Shown: positions 1-7,926 of the stretch, piece after piece
How the letters are laid out: each line of letters starts with the position of its first letter
Position numbering within the stretch: the first letter of the stretch is position 1
Assembly: GCA_050114675.1 (NCBI GenBank)
Contig: JASFRY010000001.1
Location: 1 to 42,362 of the forward strand
From: Gemmatimonadota bacterium
GTDB taxonomy: Bacteria; Gemmatimonadota; Gemmatimonadetes; Longimicrobiales; Gaopeijiaceae
Reading direction: 5' to 3'
Length of the DNA: 42,362 nt
Translations under genes and position numbers: made by a program
The notes under the pieces: model-generated
What the model was told of the DNA's origin: nothing
The model's database searches: none
What the model saw: only the letters and a program-made list of their open reading frames with translations

Positions 1-39
1 GGGTCCGGGACCCGCACCCGTTCCGGGCAGGATCATGCC

Positions 40-98
40 GTTCCCGTATAGGAACAATGTGCCCGTATGGGAACGTACGATGGTTCCCCATCGGGAAC
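40..98. promoter_or_regulatory. Cluster of three GTTCC-N6-GGAAC dyads (candidate enhancer or operator sites)
   Basis: The dyads are GTTCC CGTATA GGAAC at 40-55, GTGCC CGTATG GGAAC at 59-74 and GTTCC CCATCG GGAAC at 83-98. There is an extra GTTCC at 20-24. The pentamer density is far above what base composition predicts. Confidence 0.5.
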
Positions 99-173
99 AC
101 GCGGCGACTCGCTGCGATGTGTTCTTGGCCCTAAATACTTGTTGTACATGAGCTTATGTCATGTCGTGGGTCG

Positions 174-188
174 TGGCACGCCTTCTGC
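174..188 (+). promoter_or_regulatory. Sigma-54 (-24/-12) promoter-like element
   Basis: The sequence is TGGCACG-CCTT-CTGC. GG (175-176) and GC (187-188) are 12 nt apart, as in the consensus TGGCACG-N4-TTGC. An AT-rich tract (~125-165) lies just upstream, and the dyad cluster lies ~90-140 bp upstream. Confidence 0.5.
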
Positions 189-509
189 CTTTCCCTTGGG
201 CAGGACCGCCGGTTGGCACCCACGCGGGAGGGTCGGTCCGAGCGGGGTCGCGGTCACGGGGATCGCGGCCGACCAACGAATCCCTGGGGGGAAGTCGTGA
301 ACATCGTCAGACGCAGCGCCAAGATCATCGTATGGGCGGATTCCCGGAGCTCGCATTCCATGCCCGTCGTCTGGTGCCGGGCCGCGGGAAGGAACGAGAT
401 CGTTCGCTGGGGGCCGGAGCTGTAGTGGCCGTGCCGACCTGCAGGGGTGCCGTCGGACCCCTGGGTGCCGGCCCCGTGGGAGGATCCCGGAATCGCGCCG
501 AGCGCGGTC

Positions 510-1874
510 CTACAGGAGGCCGTGCTTCTTGCGCCTCGACCAGAGCACCTTTCGCGTGACGCCCAGACGTCGCGCCGCCTCCTGAACCTCTCCGTCCACC
601 TCTTCCAGGGTAGCCTCGATGTAGCGTCGCTCCACCTCTTCCAGCGAGAGGCCCAGGGGCAGACGCAGATCCCCATCATCGACCGGACTCGCCGGCGTGG
701 CCGAGGGAGCCACGAAGGGCGGGATCCGAAGCGTCGGGCCCGTTGAGAAGATGAGCGCCCGCTCGATGACGTTGCGCAGCTCCCTGACGTTGCCCGGCCA
801 GTCGTAGCCCTCGAGGCGCTCGATGGCCTCGCCGTCCAGCTCGGGCACGGGCTTCCCGAAGTACTCGGCGGATCGCCGCACGAAGTGCCGGGCGAGGAGG
901 CCGATGTCCGAGCGGATGTCGCGCAGGGGGGGAAGGACGATCCGCGCCACGTTCAGCCGGTAGAAGAGGTCCTCCCGGAACGCGCCCTTCTCCACCTGGT
1001 TCTCCAGGTCCGCATTGGTGGCGGCCACGATGCGCAGATCGACCTCGATATCCTCCGTGCCCCCCACGCGCCGGATGGTGCGGGACTCCAGGAAGGTGAG
1101 GAGCTTGGCCTGGAGACCCAGGGGCATGGTGCCGATCTCGTCCAGGAGGAGCGTGCCCCGGTCGGCGACCTCGGCCAACCCTCGCTTGGCACGTACCGCC
1201 CCGGTGAACGATCCCTTCTCATAGCCGAAGATCTCCGCCTCCAGGAGGCTGTCGGGCAGAGCCGCACAGTTGACCTCCACGAAGCGGAACTGGGCACGTT
1301 GGCTGGCGGCATGGATGGCGCGGGCCACCAGGTTCTTTCCCGTTCCCGACTCCCCCAGCACCAGTGCGGGAACGCCGGGGACGGCTCCCACCTGCTCCAC
1401 GAAGAGCCGCACCGCGCCCACCCTGGGGTGCTCGCCCAGAATGCCGCTGGGGTCGTACCGCCGGCCCGTCGCCTCGTGGAGGAGCTCCTGGGCGGGGGTC
1501 TCCTCGATGGCACGGGTGAGGCGGGCCAGCAACGTCCCGGGGTGGACGGGCTTGGTGACGAAGTCGGTCGCCCCCGAGGCGAAGGACCGCTCCACGTCCT
1601 CCTGATCCACGCGGCCGGTGAGGATCAGGATGGGCATGGCGGGGAACTCGGCTCGGAGCGTCGACGTGACCTCGAAGCCCGACATCCCGGGCATGGCCAG
1701 GTCGCAGATCACCGCGTCGGGCCCTTCGGCACGGGCGATGTCCAGTGCCCGGTGCGGGTCGGTGAGGCCCACGGTGACGAACTGTCCCGTGCGCTCGAGC
1801 TGCGCGGTGAGAAGCTCGATCTGACTCTCGTCGTCATCGACGAGGAGGACCCGGTGCTTGAGTTGGACGGACAC
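510..1874 (-). CDS. Sigma-54-dependent response regulator (NtrC family: REC + AAA+ + Fis-type HTH)
   Basis: 454-aa ORF. The N-terminal receiver has LLVDDD and ICDLAMPGMSG. The AAA+ sigma-54 interaction domain has Walker A GESGTGKN, a GSFTGA loop (GAFTGA variant), LLLDEIG and WPGNVRELRN. The C-terminal HTH reads EAARRLGVTRKVLWSRRKKHGL. Confidence 0.93.
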   Translation of the reverse strand: MSVQLKHRVLLVDDDESQIELLTAQLERTGQFVTVGLTDPHRALDIARAEGPDAVICDLAMPGMSGFEVTSTLRAEFPAMPILILTGRVDQEDVERSFASGATDFVTKPVHPGTLLARLTRAIEETPAQELLHEATGRRYDPSGILGEHPRVGAVRLFVEQVGAVPGVPALVLGESGTGKNLVARAIHAASQRAQFRFVEVNCAALPDSLLEAEIFGYEKGSFTGAVRAKRGLAEVADRGTLLLDEIGTMPLGLQAKLLTFLESRTIRRVGGTEDIEVDLRIVAATNADLENQVEKGAFREDLFYRLNVARIVLPPLRDIRSDIGLLARHFVRRSAEYFGKPVPELDGEAIERLEGYDWPGNVRELRNVIERALIFSTGPTLRIPPFVAPSATPASPVDDGDLRLPLGLSLEEVERRYIEATLEEVDGEVQEAARRLGVTRKVLWSRRKKHGLL

Positions 1875-1878
1875 CGGC

Positions 1879-2970
1879 TCAGTCGCCCAGACAGATCCCC
1901 AGGCTCCGCGCCGTGTGGATCACGTCGGAGTCGAGGGGGACCGTCTTGATGCGGGCGATGGCCTGCCCCAGGGGCACGGCCAGGACGTTGGGCGGGTCCA
2001 AGGCGACCATACAGCCATAGCAGGCGTCACGGATGAGGTTGACGGCGGCGGTTCCGAAGCGGAGGGCGAGGAGGCGGTCGTAGGCGTTGGGGCTGCCTCC
2101 CCGCTGTAGATGGCCCAGGACCAGGGAGCGGGTCTCCCGGCCCGTGCGCTGGTAGATGGCGGTGGCCACCTCCTCGGCCACGCCACCGAGACGGACCTGT
2201 CCGTCGTCCTTCCGCTGGAAGTGGGGTTGGCCGCCCCGGGGGTAGGCCCCTTCCGAGACCACGACCATGGCGAAGCCTCGGCGCGCCATCTGATAGCGCG
2301 CCTCGATCTTGGCGCACACGCGGTCCATGTCGTAGGGGATCTCGGGGATGAGGATCACGTCCGCCGTACCGGCCACGCCCGCATACAGGGAGATCCATCC
2401 GGCGTCGCGGCCCATGAGCTCGATGACGATGACGCGTTCGTGCGCCTGGGCCGTGGAGTGGAGCTTGTCGATGGCGTCGGTGGCCGTCGCCACCGCCGTC
2501 TGGAAGCCGAACGTCAGGTTCGTCGCCGCCAGGTCGTTGTCGATGGTCTTGGGGACACCCACCACCTTGAGGCCCTGTTGGAAAAGGGCATGCGCGATGG
2601 AGAGGGAGCCGTCTCCCCCGATGGCCACCAGCGCGTCGATCCCCTGGTCCTCGAGGGCCTGGATCACGTCGGCGGACCGGTCCTCGTATTCCACCGATCC
2701 GTCGTCCCGGGTCACGGGCCAGCGCAGCGGATTGCCCCGGTTCGTCGTCCCCAGGATGGTCCCGCCCAGGTGGGTGATGCCACGAACGGCCGCGCGATCC
2801 AGGCGCATGAGGCCCCCCTCTTCGAACAGGCCGTCGTAGCTGTCTTCGATGCCGTAGACTTCCCAACCGAGCTCTTCGGCGGCCAGGACCACGGCGCGGA
2901 TCACTGCGTTGAGACCCGGGGCGTCCCCACCCCCCGTGTTGACGGCGATCCGGCGGATATCGGCGCTCAT
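1879..2970 (-). CDS. pfkA: 6-phosphofructokinase (PfkA family)
   Basis: PfkA-family motifs NTGGGDAPGLNA, IGGDGS, GVPKTIDNDL and ELMGRDAGW are present. The start is taken at ATG 2970 (MSADIRRIAV...), although the ORF stays open to 3018. The stop lies 4 nt upstream of the response regulator start. Confidence 0.9.
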   Translation of the reverse strand: MSADIRRIAVNTGGGDAPGLNAVIRAVVLAAEELGWEVYGIEDSYDGLFEEGGLMRLDRAAVRGITHLGGTILGTTNRGNPLRWPVTRDDGSVEYEDRSADVIQALEDQGIDALVAIGGDGSLSIAHALFQQGLKVVGVPKTIDNDLAATNLTFGFQTAVATATDAIDKLHSTAQAHERVIVIELMGRDAGWISLYAGVAGTADVILIPEIPYDMDRVCAKIEARYQMARRGFAMVVVSEGAYPRGGQPHFQRKDDGQVRLGGVAEEVATAIYQRTGRETRSLVLGHLQRGGSPNAYDRLLALRFGTAAVNLIRDACYGCMVALDPPNVLAVPLGQAIARIKTVPLDSDVIHTARSLGICLGD

Positions 2971-3199
2971 GCTGGACTCTCCCCGGCGTGCGCCGGCCGG
3001 GCTCACCGGCCGGCGCACGAGAATGGCAGGATGCGACGCAGAAGGCGTCCGGCCGGAGCCGGACGCCGAACCCTAGATCGCGCCAACTCTTGCGGTCAAG
3101 GCCACCGTGGCGCGGGAAGGCTCCCTGCCGGTCCCGGATTTGGGCGTCCGGGGGAGACCCGCGGTTCCCGTCGGCCCGCGTCCGGCATCCGGCGCCCGC

Positions 3200-3598
3200 C
3201 TATCGGGTCCCTCCAGGTCCGGACCATGGGTCGCGCGGTCCGATGAGCGCCGAAAGGCGTTCCACGGCCTGGAGCAGCAGGTCGGCGTCCACGGGTTTGA
3301 TGAGGGTCACTGCCGCGCCCATGCGCTCCGCCAGGTCGAGCTGGTCCGCGGCGACGCCGGAGACCGCGATGATCAGTGCTTCGGGATCCTTCTGGATGAG
3401 CTCCCGGATGAGACGCAGTCCATTGAGCTTCGGCATGTAGAGGTCGGTGACCACGAGCTCGATTTCCTTCGTGTCGTACGCCTCCAGCGCCGCCTCTCCA
3501 TCGGCGGCGAAGAAGAGCTCGTGGCCTGCGTCTGCGAGTATCGCCCGTTCGAACAGGCGGTCGGTCTCCTCGTCGTCCACGATGAGGATTCTGGCCAT
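3200..3598 (-). CDS. Single-domain response regulator (CheY-like receiver)
   Basis: The 132-aa product starts MARILIVDDEE, with VVTDLYMPKLNG (phospho-acceptor Asp) and a conserved Lys in TLIKP. The longer ORF to 4312 is Arg/Pro-rich junk antisense to the next gene. Confidence 0.85.
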   Translation of the reverse strand: MARILIVDDEETDRLFERAILADAGHELFFAADGEAALEAYDTKEIELVVTDLYMPKLNGLRLIRELIQKDPEALIIAVSGVAADQLDLAERMGAAVTLIKPVDADLLLQAVERLSALIGPRDPWSGPGGTR

Positions 3599-3831
3599 GG
3601 GGCACTCCCTGGAACGTTCGCCAGCTTCACGCCGGTACCCTCGGGCACGCGCTGTGAAGGTGTGCATGGTTGGGCAAACATGCGTTCGCTGACGCTGTCG
3701 GGGAAGCCTGTGCGCTGCCATACGTCTCTTTCCACTGCCGTCGGCCGGAGGGTACATTCTCCATTCCCGGGCCGCGCCCACCCGGACTCCCCGATGCAGG
3801 GCGAACCCAGGTATCACGGAGGCACAGGCTG

Positions 3832-5010
3832 GTGGAGGACAACGAGTACGGCTGGTCCGCCGCAGAGGTCGTGGAGCTTCTGGAGAGGGTGGATCTCTTC
3901 GGCGGGCTTCCCGTCGAGGACCTGCGACGCTTCGCCGGCATCGTGGGGGGACGGACCGCAGAAGAAGGCCAGACCCTGTTCGAGGTGGGGGCGCCGGTCG
4001 ATGCCCTCTACATCGTGTACGACGGAGCCGTGGAGATCGTCCGGGCGCGACCCGACGGCACGGAGGAGAAGCTCGGGGTGCGGCGGGCCGGTGACGTCTT
4101 CGGCGAGAGCGGCTTCCTGACCGGGCAAGCGCGGCCGGCCACGGCGCGAGCTGCCGAGACCACGCAGCTCCTGGTCGTGGACCGGAGCGACTTCCGGGAC
4201 CTCTTGGGAGGCGACTCCCTGGCCGTGCGCATGGTGGAGGCACTCTCGAAGCGGCCGGGGGCGGGAGATGTCGCCGCGGGCGGCGAAGGGGAGCTCCGGG
4301 AGGGTAGGACACACAGGCCCGGACACGCCCACGACATCAGCCGGGTGCTGCAGGCGGGGCTCCTCCCCTCGTCGGCTCCGCGGGTCGAGGGCTTCGACGT
4401 GGCCGCGGGTACGACGACCGAGGCCACGGGCCGGGGAAGCTCGGTCTGGGATTGGATCGGGTTGAAGGACGGTCGGGTGGCTCTCCTCACCCTGGACGTT
4501 CGCCAGGACGGGTTCCCGCCCGCCCACTATCTGGGCATGGCGCGGGCCGTCCTGCGTGGTGTGGCCGGTGACGCGGCCACGGTCTCGGAGCTTCTGGCCC
4601 GGACCAACGACGCCCTGTCGGCCGCGGCCGTCGAGGGCGTGGATCAGTTCGTGGAGGTGGGGATCCTCGTGCCGGCGGAGGGTGGCCTGGAGTGGGCCAG
4701 CGCCGGCAGGGTGCCGGGGGGAGTGATCCGCCGGGCGGGTACCTTCGAGGAGCTCGGTTCCCACGGGCCGCCGCTGGGGATGATGGGGGGGTTCAAGTAC
4801 CACGTGCAGAAGCTGAGCCTGGGGTCCGGCGACACGACCTTCGTGCTCTCCCACGCCAGTCAGGGCCTCTTTCTCGGTGCGGCGGATCTCATGGCCCAGC
4901 TCCACGGGAAGCCGGCCGGTGAGGTCGTCGCCACGCTGCACAAGGCCATCCGGAAGGCCCAGGGCCAGGAGCGCACCGAGACGTCGGTGCTGTATCTCCG
5001 GAGACATTGA
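3832..5010 (+). CDS. Cyclic-nucleotide-binding domain protein fused to a PP2C/SpoIIE-type phosphatase domain
   Basis: The N-terminal cNMP-binding fold reads LFGGLPVEDL...GDVFGESGFLTGQARPATARA. The C-terminal SpoIIE/PP2C-like region reads GFDVAAGT...WDWIGL...LLTLDV...FVLSHASQGLF. GTG 3832 follows GGAGG (3818-3822) by 9 nt. The ORF opens at ATG 3670, so the start is uncertain. Confidence 0.8.
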   Translation: MEDNEYGWSAAEVVELLERVDLFGGLPVEDLRRFAGIVGGRTAEEGQTLFEVGAPVDALYIVYDGAVEIVRARPDGTEEKLGVRRAGDVFGESGFLTGQARPATARAAETTQLLVVDRSDFRDLLGGDSLAVRMVEALSKRPGAGDVAAGGEGELREGRTHRPGHAHDISRVLQAGLLPSSAPRVEGFDVAAGTTTEATGRGSSVWDWIGLKDGRVALLTLDVRQDGFPPAHYLGMARAVLRGVAGDAATVSELLARTNDALSAAAVEGVDQFVEVGILVPAEGGLEWASAGRVPGGVIRRAGTFEELGSHGPPLGMMGGFKYHVQKLSLGSGDTTFVLSHASQGLFLGAADLMAQLHGKPAGEVVATLHKAIRKAQGQERTETSVLYLRRH

Positions 5011-5129
5011 CCCCGCTGCGGGAGAACCGGAGGGCGAACCCGGCGGGGAGACCCGGGTACGCTCTCTCCCGCATCAGTCCCCGTCCGGGATGTCTGGAAA
5101 GAAGCCTGCAGAAGGAGGAAGTTCGGTCC

Positions 5130-5429
5130 ATGGCCGTGACAGAGAAGGACGTTCGCGACGCCCTGAAGACGGTGAAGGACCCCGAGCTGGGCCTGGATCT
5201 CGTGGTGCTCGGTCTGGTCTACGACATCGAGGTTCAGGACGACGACGTGAAGGCGATCATCTCCCTCACGTCGCCCCTGTGCCCGGTGGCCGGACAGATC
5301 GTCGAAGACGCCAAACAGGCCATCGAGGGTGTCGAGGGTGTCGGCGCCGCCGAGGTGGAGCTCACCTTCGATCCGCCCTGGACGCCCGAGCGCATCAGCC
5401 CGCTCATCCGTTCGTCGTTGGGCCTGTGA
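5130..5429 (+). CDS. DUF59 (MIP18/PaaD-like, Fe-S assembly SufT-like) domain protein
   Basis: 99 aa, reading MAVTEKDVRDALKTVKDPELGLDLVVLGLVY...LTSPLCPVAG...FDPPWTPERIS. The SD-like GAAGGAGGA lies at 5111-5119. Confidence 0.85.
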   Translation: MAVTEKDVRDALKTVKDPELGLDLVVLGLVYDIEVQDDDVKAIISLTSPLCPVAGQIVEDAKQAIEGVEGVGAAEVELTFDPPWTPERISPLIRSSLGL

Positions 5430-5460
5430 GCCCCTCCCCCGAATCAAGCGAGGAGTAGAG

Positions 5461-6411
5461 ATGCCCCCGTTCTCCGACGAAGAGCTCAAAGCCAAGGTCC
5501 AGGAGGGCTACGTCGTCGAGTCCGTGGACGAGATGACCGAGGGGTATCGGAAGGCCCTCGCGGTGCAGCTCACCGTGCAGGCGGACACGGAGCTCATGAG
5601 CGCGCCGGCCTACTGGATGGCCGCGCGCCATGCGCCCTCCACCAACACCCAGGTGAGCGCCCACGCCATCATCCAGGACGAGCTGGCCCACGCCAACATC
5701 GCCTACCGGCTCCTGGAGGACCTGGGCGAGTCCAAGGAGCAGCTCGTGTACGGCCGCCAGCCCCACGAGTTCAAGCATCCCTACGGGTTCGATCAGCCCC
5801 TGGAGAACTGGGCCGAGCTGGTGGTGGCCAACGGCTTCTTCGACCGGGCGGGCATCACGCTGTTGTCCGACGTCTACCAGAACACCTCGTACGGTCCCCT
5901 GAAGCGCGCTCTGGTGAAGGTGGACATGGAAGAGACCTTCCACCTCCGCCACGGCGAGGTCTGGATGAAGCGCCTGGCCAAGAGCGGAGGAGAGGCCCGG
6001 CAGATGCTCCAGAAGGCGGTGGACTGGATGTTCCCCATGACGGTGGAGTGGTTCGGGCTCCCCGACGACCTGAAGCGCCACTCGGGTCAGCTCGACTATC
6101 GTCTCAAGGGGCTCACCAACGACCAGCTCCGCCAGGTGTGGATGTCCTCCACGGTGCCCCTGTGCGAAAAGCTGGAGCTGGACGCGCCGGCGCACTGGGA
6201 CGAGGAGAAGGAGGCGTACGTCCTGGACTACCCCTTCCCCTGCCGGTACGACGCCGGGGCCAAGCGATGGCTCTTCGACGAGGGGGAGATCTCGTGGGAC
6301 GAGGTCTTCGAGCGCTGGAAGGCCCGTGGGCCCATGAACGAGATCTACGTGGAGTCGGTCCAGCGGTCGCGAAGCACGGTGGCAGCCTGGCTCGACGGCG
6401 TGGCGGCCTGA
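5461..6411 (+). CDS. paaA: 1,2-phenylacetyl-CoA epoxidase subunit A-like di-iron oxygenase
   Basis: 316 aa with PaaA-like di-iron ligand motifs QDELAHANIAYRLLEDLG and MEETFHLRHGE. AGGAG lies at 5450-5454, just upstream of ATG 5461. Confidence 0.88.
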   Translation: MPPFSDEELKAKVQEGYVVESVDEMTEGYRKALAVQLTVQADTELMSAPAYWMAARHAPSTNTQVSAHAIIQDELAHANIAYRLLEDLGESKEQLVYGRQPHEFKHPYGFDQPLENWAELVVANGFFDRAGITLLSDVYQNTSYGPLKRALVKVDMEETFHLRHGEVWMKRLAKSGGEARQMLQKAVDWMFPMTVEWFGLPDDLKRHSGQLDYRLKGLTNDQLRQVWMSSTVPLCEKLELDAPAHWDEEKEAYVLDYPFPCRYDAGAKRWLFDEGEISWDEVFERWKARGPMNEIYVESVQRSRSTVAAWLDGVAA

Positions 6412-6485
6412 GGGCTCCGGACGTGGCCGCCACGCTCCCGACGTCCAAGAAAGGTCCCCGGACCGATGCGGGTCTCCCCGTCCAC

Positions 6486-6857
6486 GTGTCCGTGCACAAG
6501 AGCGGAGGACGCGATCAATGGTCACCGCCACTGGAGAGGGCGCCCGACGACCCCGAAGAGGGCGTGTGGACGCTCCTCCACGAGGTCCTGGACCCCGAGA
6601 TCCCCATCAGCCTCGTGGATCTGGGCCTGGTCTACGGTGTGTCCGTGGTCGACGATGCCGTGGAGGTCCGCCTGACCTACACGGCCACGGCCTGTCCGTG
6701 CATGGAGTTCATTCGTGAAGACGTCACCGACCGGCTGGAGCGGGAGCCTTGGATCCGCCGGGTGACGCTGGTGGACGTGTGGGATCCGCCCTGGACCACG
6801 GAGCGCATCACACCCGAAGGGCGCCGGAAGCTCAGGCGACTCGGCGTCGGCGCATGA
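6486..6857 (+). CDS. paaD: PaaD/PaaJ-like DUF59 domain protein lacking the C-terminal zinc-ribbon part
   Basis: The product reads VWTLLHEVLDPEIPISLVDLGLVYGV...TYTATACPCMEF...VWDPPWTTERITPEGRRKL. The start is uncertain: in-frame GTGs occur at 6486, 6492 and 6564, while the only good SD+ATG (6518) is out of frame. Confidence 0.7.
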   Translation: MSVHKSGGRDQWSPPLERAPDDPEEGVWTLLHEVLDPEIPISLVDLGLVYGVSVVDDAVEVRLTYTATACPCMEFIREDVTDRLEREPWIRRVTLVDVWDPPWTTERITPEGRRKLRRLGVGA

Positions 6858-6890
6858 GCGCCTTCCTCACAACGAAGAGACCGAGCCCCC

Positions 6891-7127
6891 ATGCGTGAGC
6901 ATGTGTACGACGTCTTTGCCCGAAAGGAGCGAGGCGAGCCCCTGGCCCACATCGGCTACGTGGACGCTCTGGATGACGAGACCGCCAGGGTCTACGCCTG
7001 GAAGACCTACGACGAGCAGAACTGGTTCGAGATGTGTGTCGTGCGCCGGTCCCACATCATTCCCGTGAACCGGGAGGACGGTCCCTTCGCACGTGCAGCC
7101 CGGCGCAGCGGGGAGGAGGCCTCATGA
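6891..7127 (+). CDS. paaB: 1,2-phenylacetyl-CoA epoxidase subunit B-like
   Basis: 78 aa, reading YDVFARKERGEPLAHIGYVDALDDETARVYAWKTYDEQNWFEMCVVRRSHIIPV, which is a typical PaaB pattern. Its stop overlaps the next start (ATGA). Confidence 0.85.
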   Translation: MREHVYDVFARKERGEPLAHIGYVDALDDETARVYAWKTYDEQNWFEMCVVRRSHIIPVNREDGPFARAARRSGEEAS

Positions 7128-7918
7128 GCGAGCCAACGCTGGATGTCCGTGGACTGGACGCTGCCACGCGCTCGGCGCTTCGGCGCCTCGTGGTTACGCT
7201 GGCCGACAGCAAGCGCCTCATGGGGATCCGCTATTCCGACTGGCTGTTGGGCGCCCCCTCCATCGAGGCGGGGATCGCCGCATCGTCCATGGCGCAAGAC
7301 GAGTGGGGACACGCCCGTCTGCTCTACGCCATGCTGAAGGACCTGGACGAGGACCCCCTCCCGGTCGAGTACGGTCGGGACGCGACGGCCTACGCGTCGG
7401 TCGATGCCCTGGACCATTCCTTTCCCGACTGGGCGGCGGTGGTGGCTGGGATCGTGGTCGTGGACGGCGCCCTCACGGTGGCGCTGGACGCCTGTTCCCG
7501 AGGATGCTTCGAGCCCGCTGGAGCGCGCGTCCCCAAGATGACGTCCGAGGAGGTCTTCCACCGGAGTCTGGGAGAGGCCTGGTATCGCCGTCTGGCGCAG
7601 GCGCCTTCGGAGGAAGCGAAGACCCTGCTTCGTGGCGCCACCCTGTCCATGCTTCCCGGCGTGCTGGCGTGGCTGGGCGCCGACGACGAAGCCGCTCGGT
7701 CGCTCGTGGCGGCGGGAATCACGTCTCCCGCAACCGAGCTGGTGTCGGACTTCCGGAACCGCATCCGGGAGGTGGTGGACGCTGCAGGCGTGGATGTCGA
7801 CGCGGTCACACCGGCGGAGGCGTGGGACGGCGAGCGGGGACGGGGTCCGGGGCATCCCGACGAGGAGGCCGTGGAGCGGGCTCGGGGCGACCGCAACCGC
7901 ATGCTCTTCGTCGAGTGA
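7124..7918 (+). CDS. paaC: 1,2-phenylacetyl-CoA epoxidase subunit C-like
   Basis: 264 aa with PaaC-like LADSKRLMGIRYSDWLLGAPSIEAGIAASSMAQDEWGHARLLY. ATG 7124 overlaps the paaB stop. Confidence 0.85.
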   Translation: MSEPTLDVRGLDAATRSALRRLVVTLADSKRLMGIRYSDWLLGAPSIEAGIAASSMAQDEWGHARLLYAMLKDLDEDPLPVEYGRDATAYASVDALDHSFPDWAAVVAGIVVVDGALTVALDACSRGCFEPAGARVPKMTSEEVFHRSLGEAWYRRLAQAPSEEAKTLLRGATLSMLPGVLAWLGADDEAARSLVAAGITSPATELVSDFRNRIREVVDAAGVDVDAVTPAEAWDGERGRGPGHPDEEAVERARGDRNRMLFVE

Positions 7919-7926
7919 GGCACGGC

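Noticed and set aside
214-219. Additional TGGCAC hexamers at 214-219, 22095-22100 and 38777-38782
   Set aside because: The copy at 214 lacks a GC at the -12 position. The other two lie inside coding sequence (the TolB-like gene and tadE) with poor -12 boxes (GGGC, CCGC), so they are treated as chance matches.
156-559. 89-aa and 132-aa plus-strand ORFs (and the minus-strand ORFs at 159-356 and 254-679) in the 5' non-coding region
   Set aside because: Their composition is Arg/Gly/Pro-rich, and they begin upstream of or across the putative promoter. None resembles a protein family. Only the short 297-425 segment shows coding-like codon bias.
3670-3831. N-terminal extension of the cNMP/PP2C ORF from ATG 3670
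   Set aside because: The extension (MGKHAFADAV...RRHRL) is not protein-like and lies in the divergent promoter region. GTG 3832 has a proper GGAGG at 9 nt. ATG 3670 is retained only as an alternative.
5094-5110. Sigma-54-like match CTGGAAAG-AAGC-CTGCA upstream of the first DUF59 gene
   Set aside because: The GG/GC spacing is right, but the -24 box is poor. The predicted start (~5121) would also fall after the SD (5111-5119), only ~9 nt from the ATG. It is most likely a chance match.
6518-6718. 66-aa ORF starting at the well-placed ATG 6518
   Set aside because: As an independent gene it encodes Arg/Pro/Gly-rich sequence with low third-position GC and overlaps the real DUF59 frame. It is kept only as evidence for a frame disruption.
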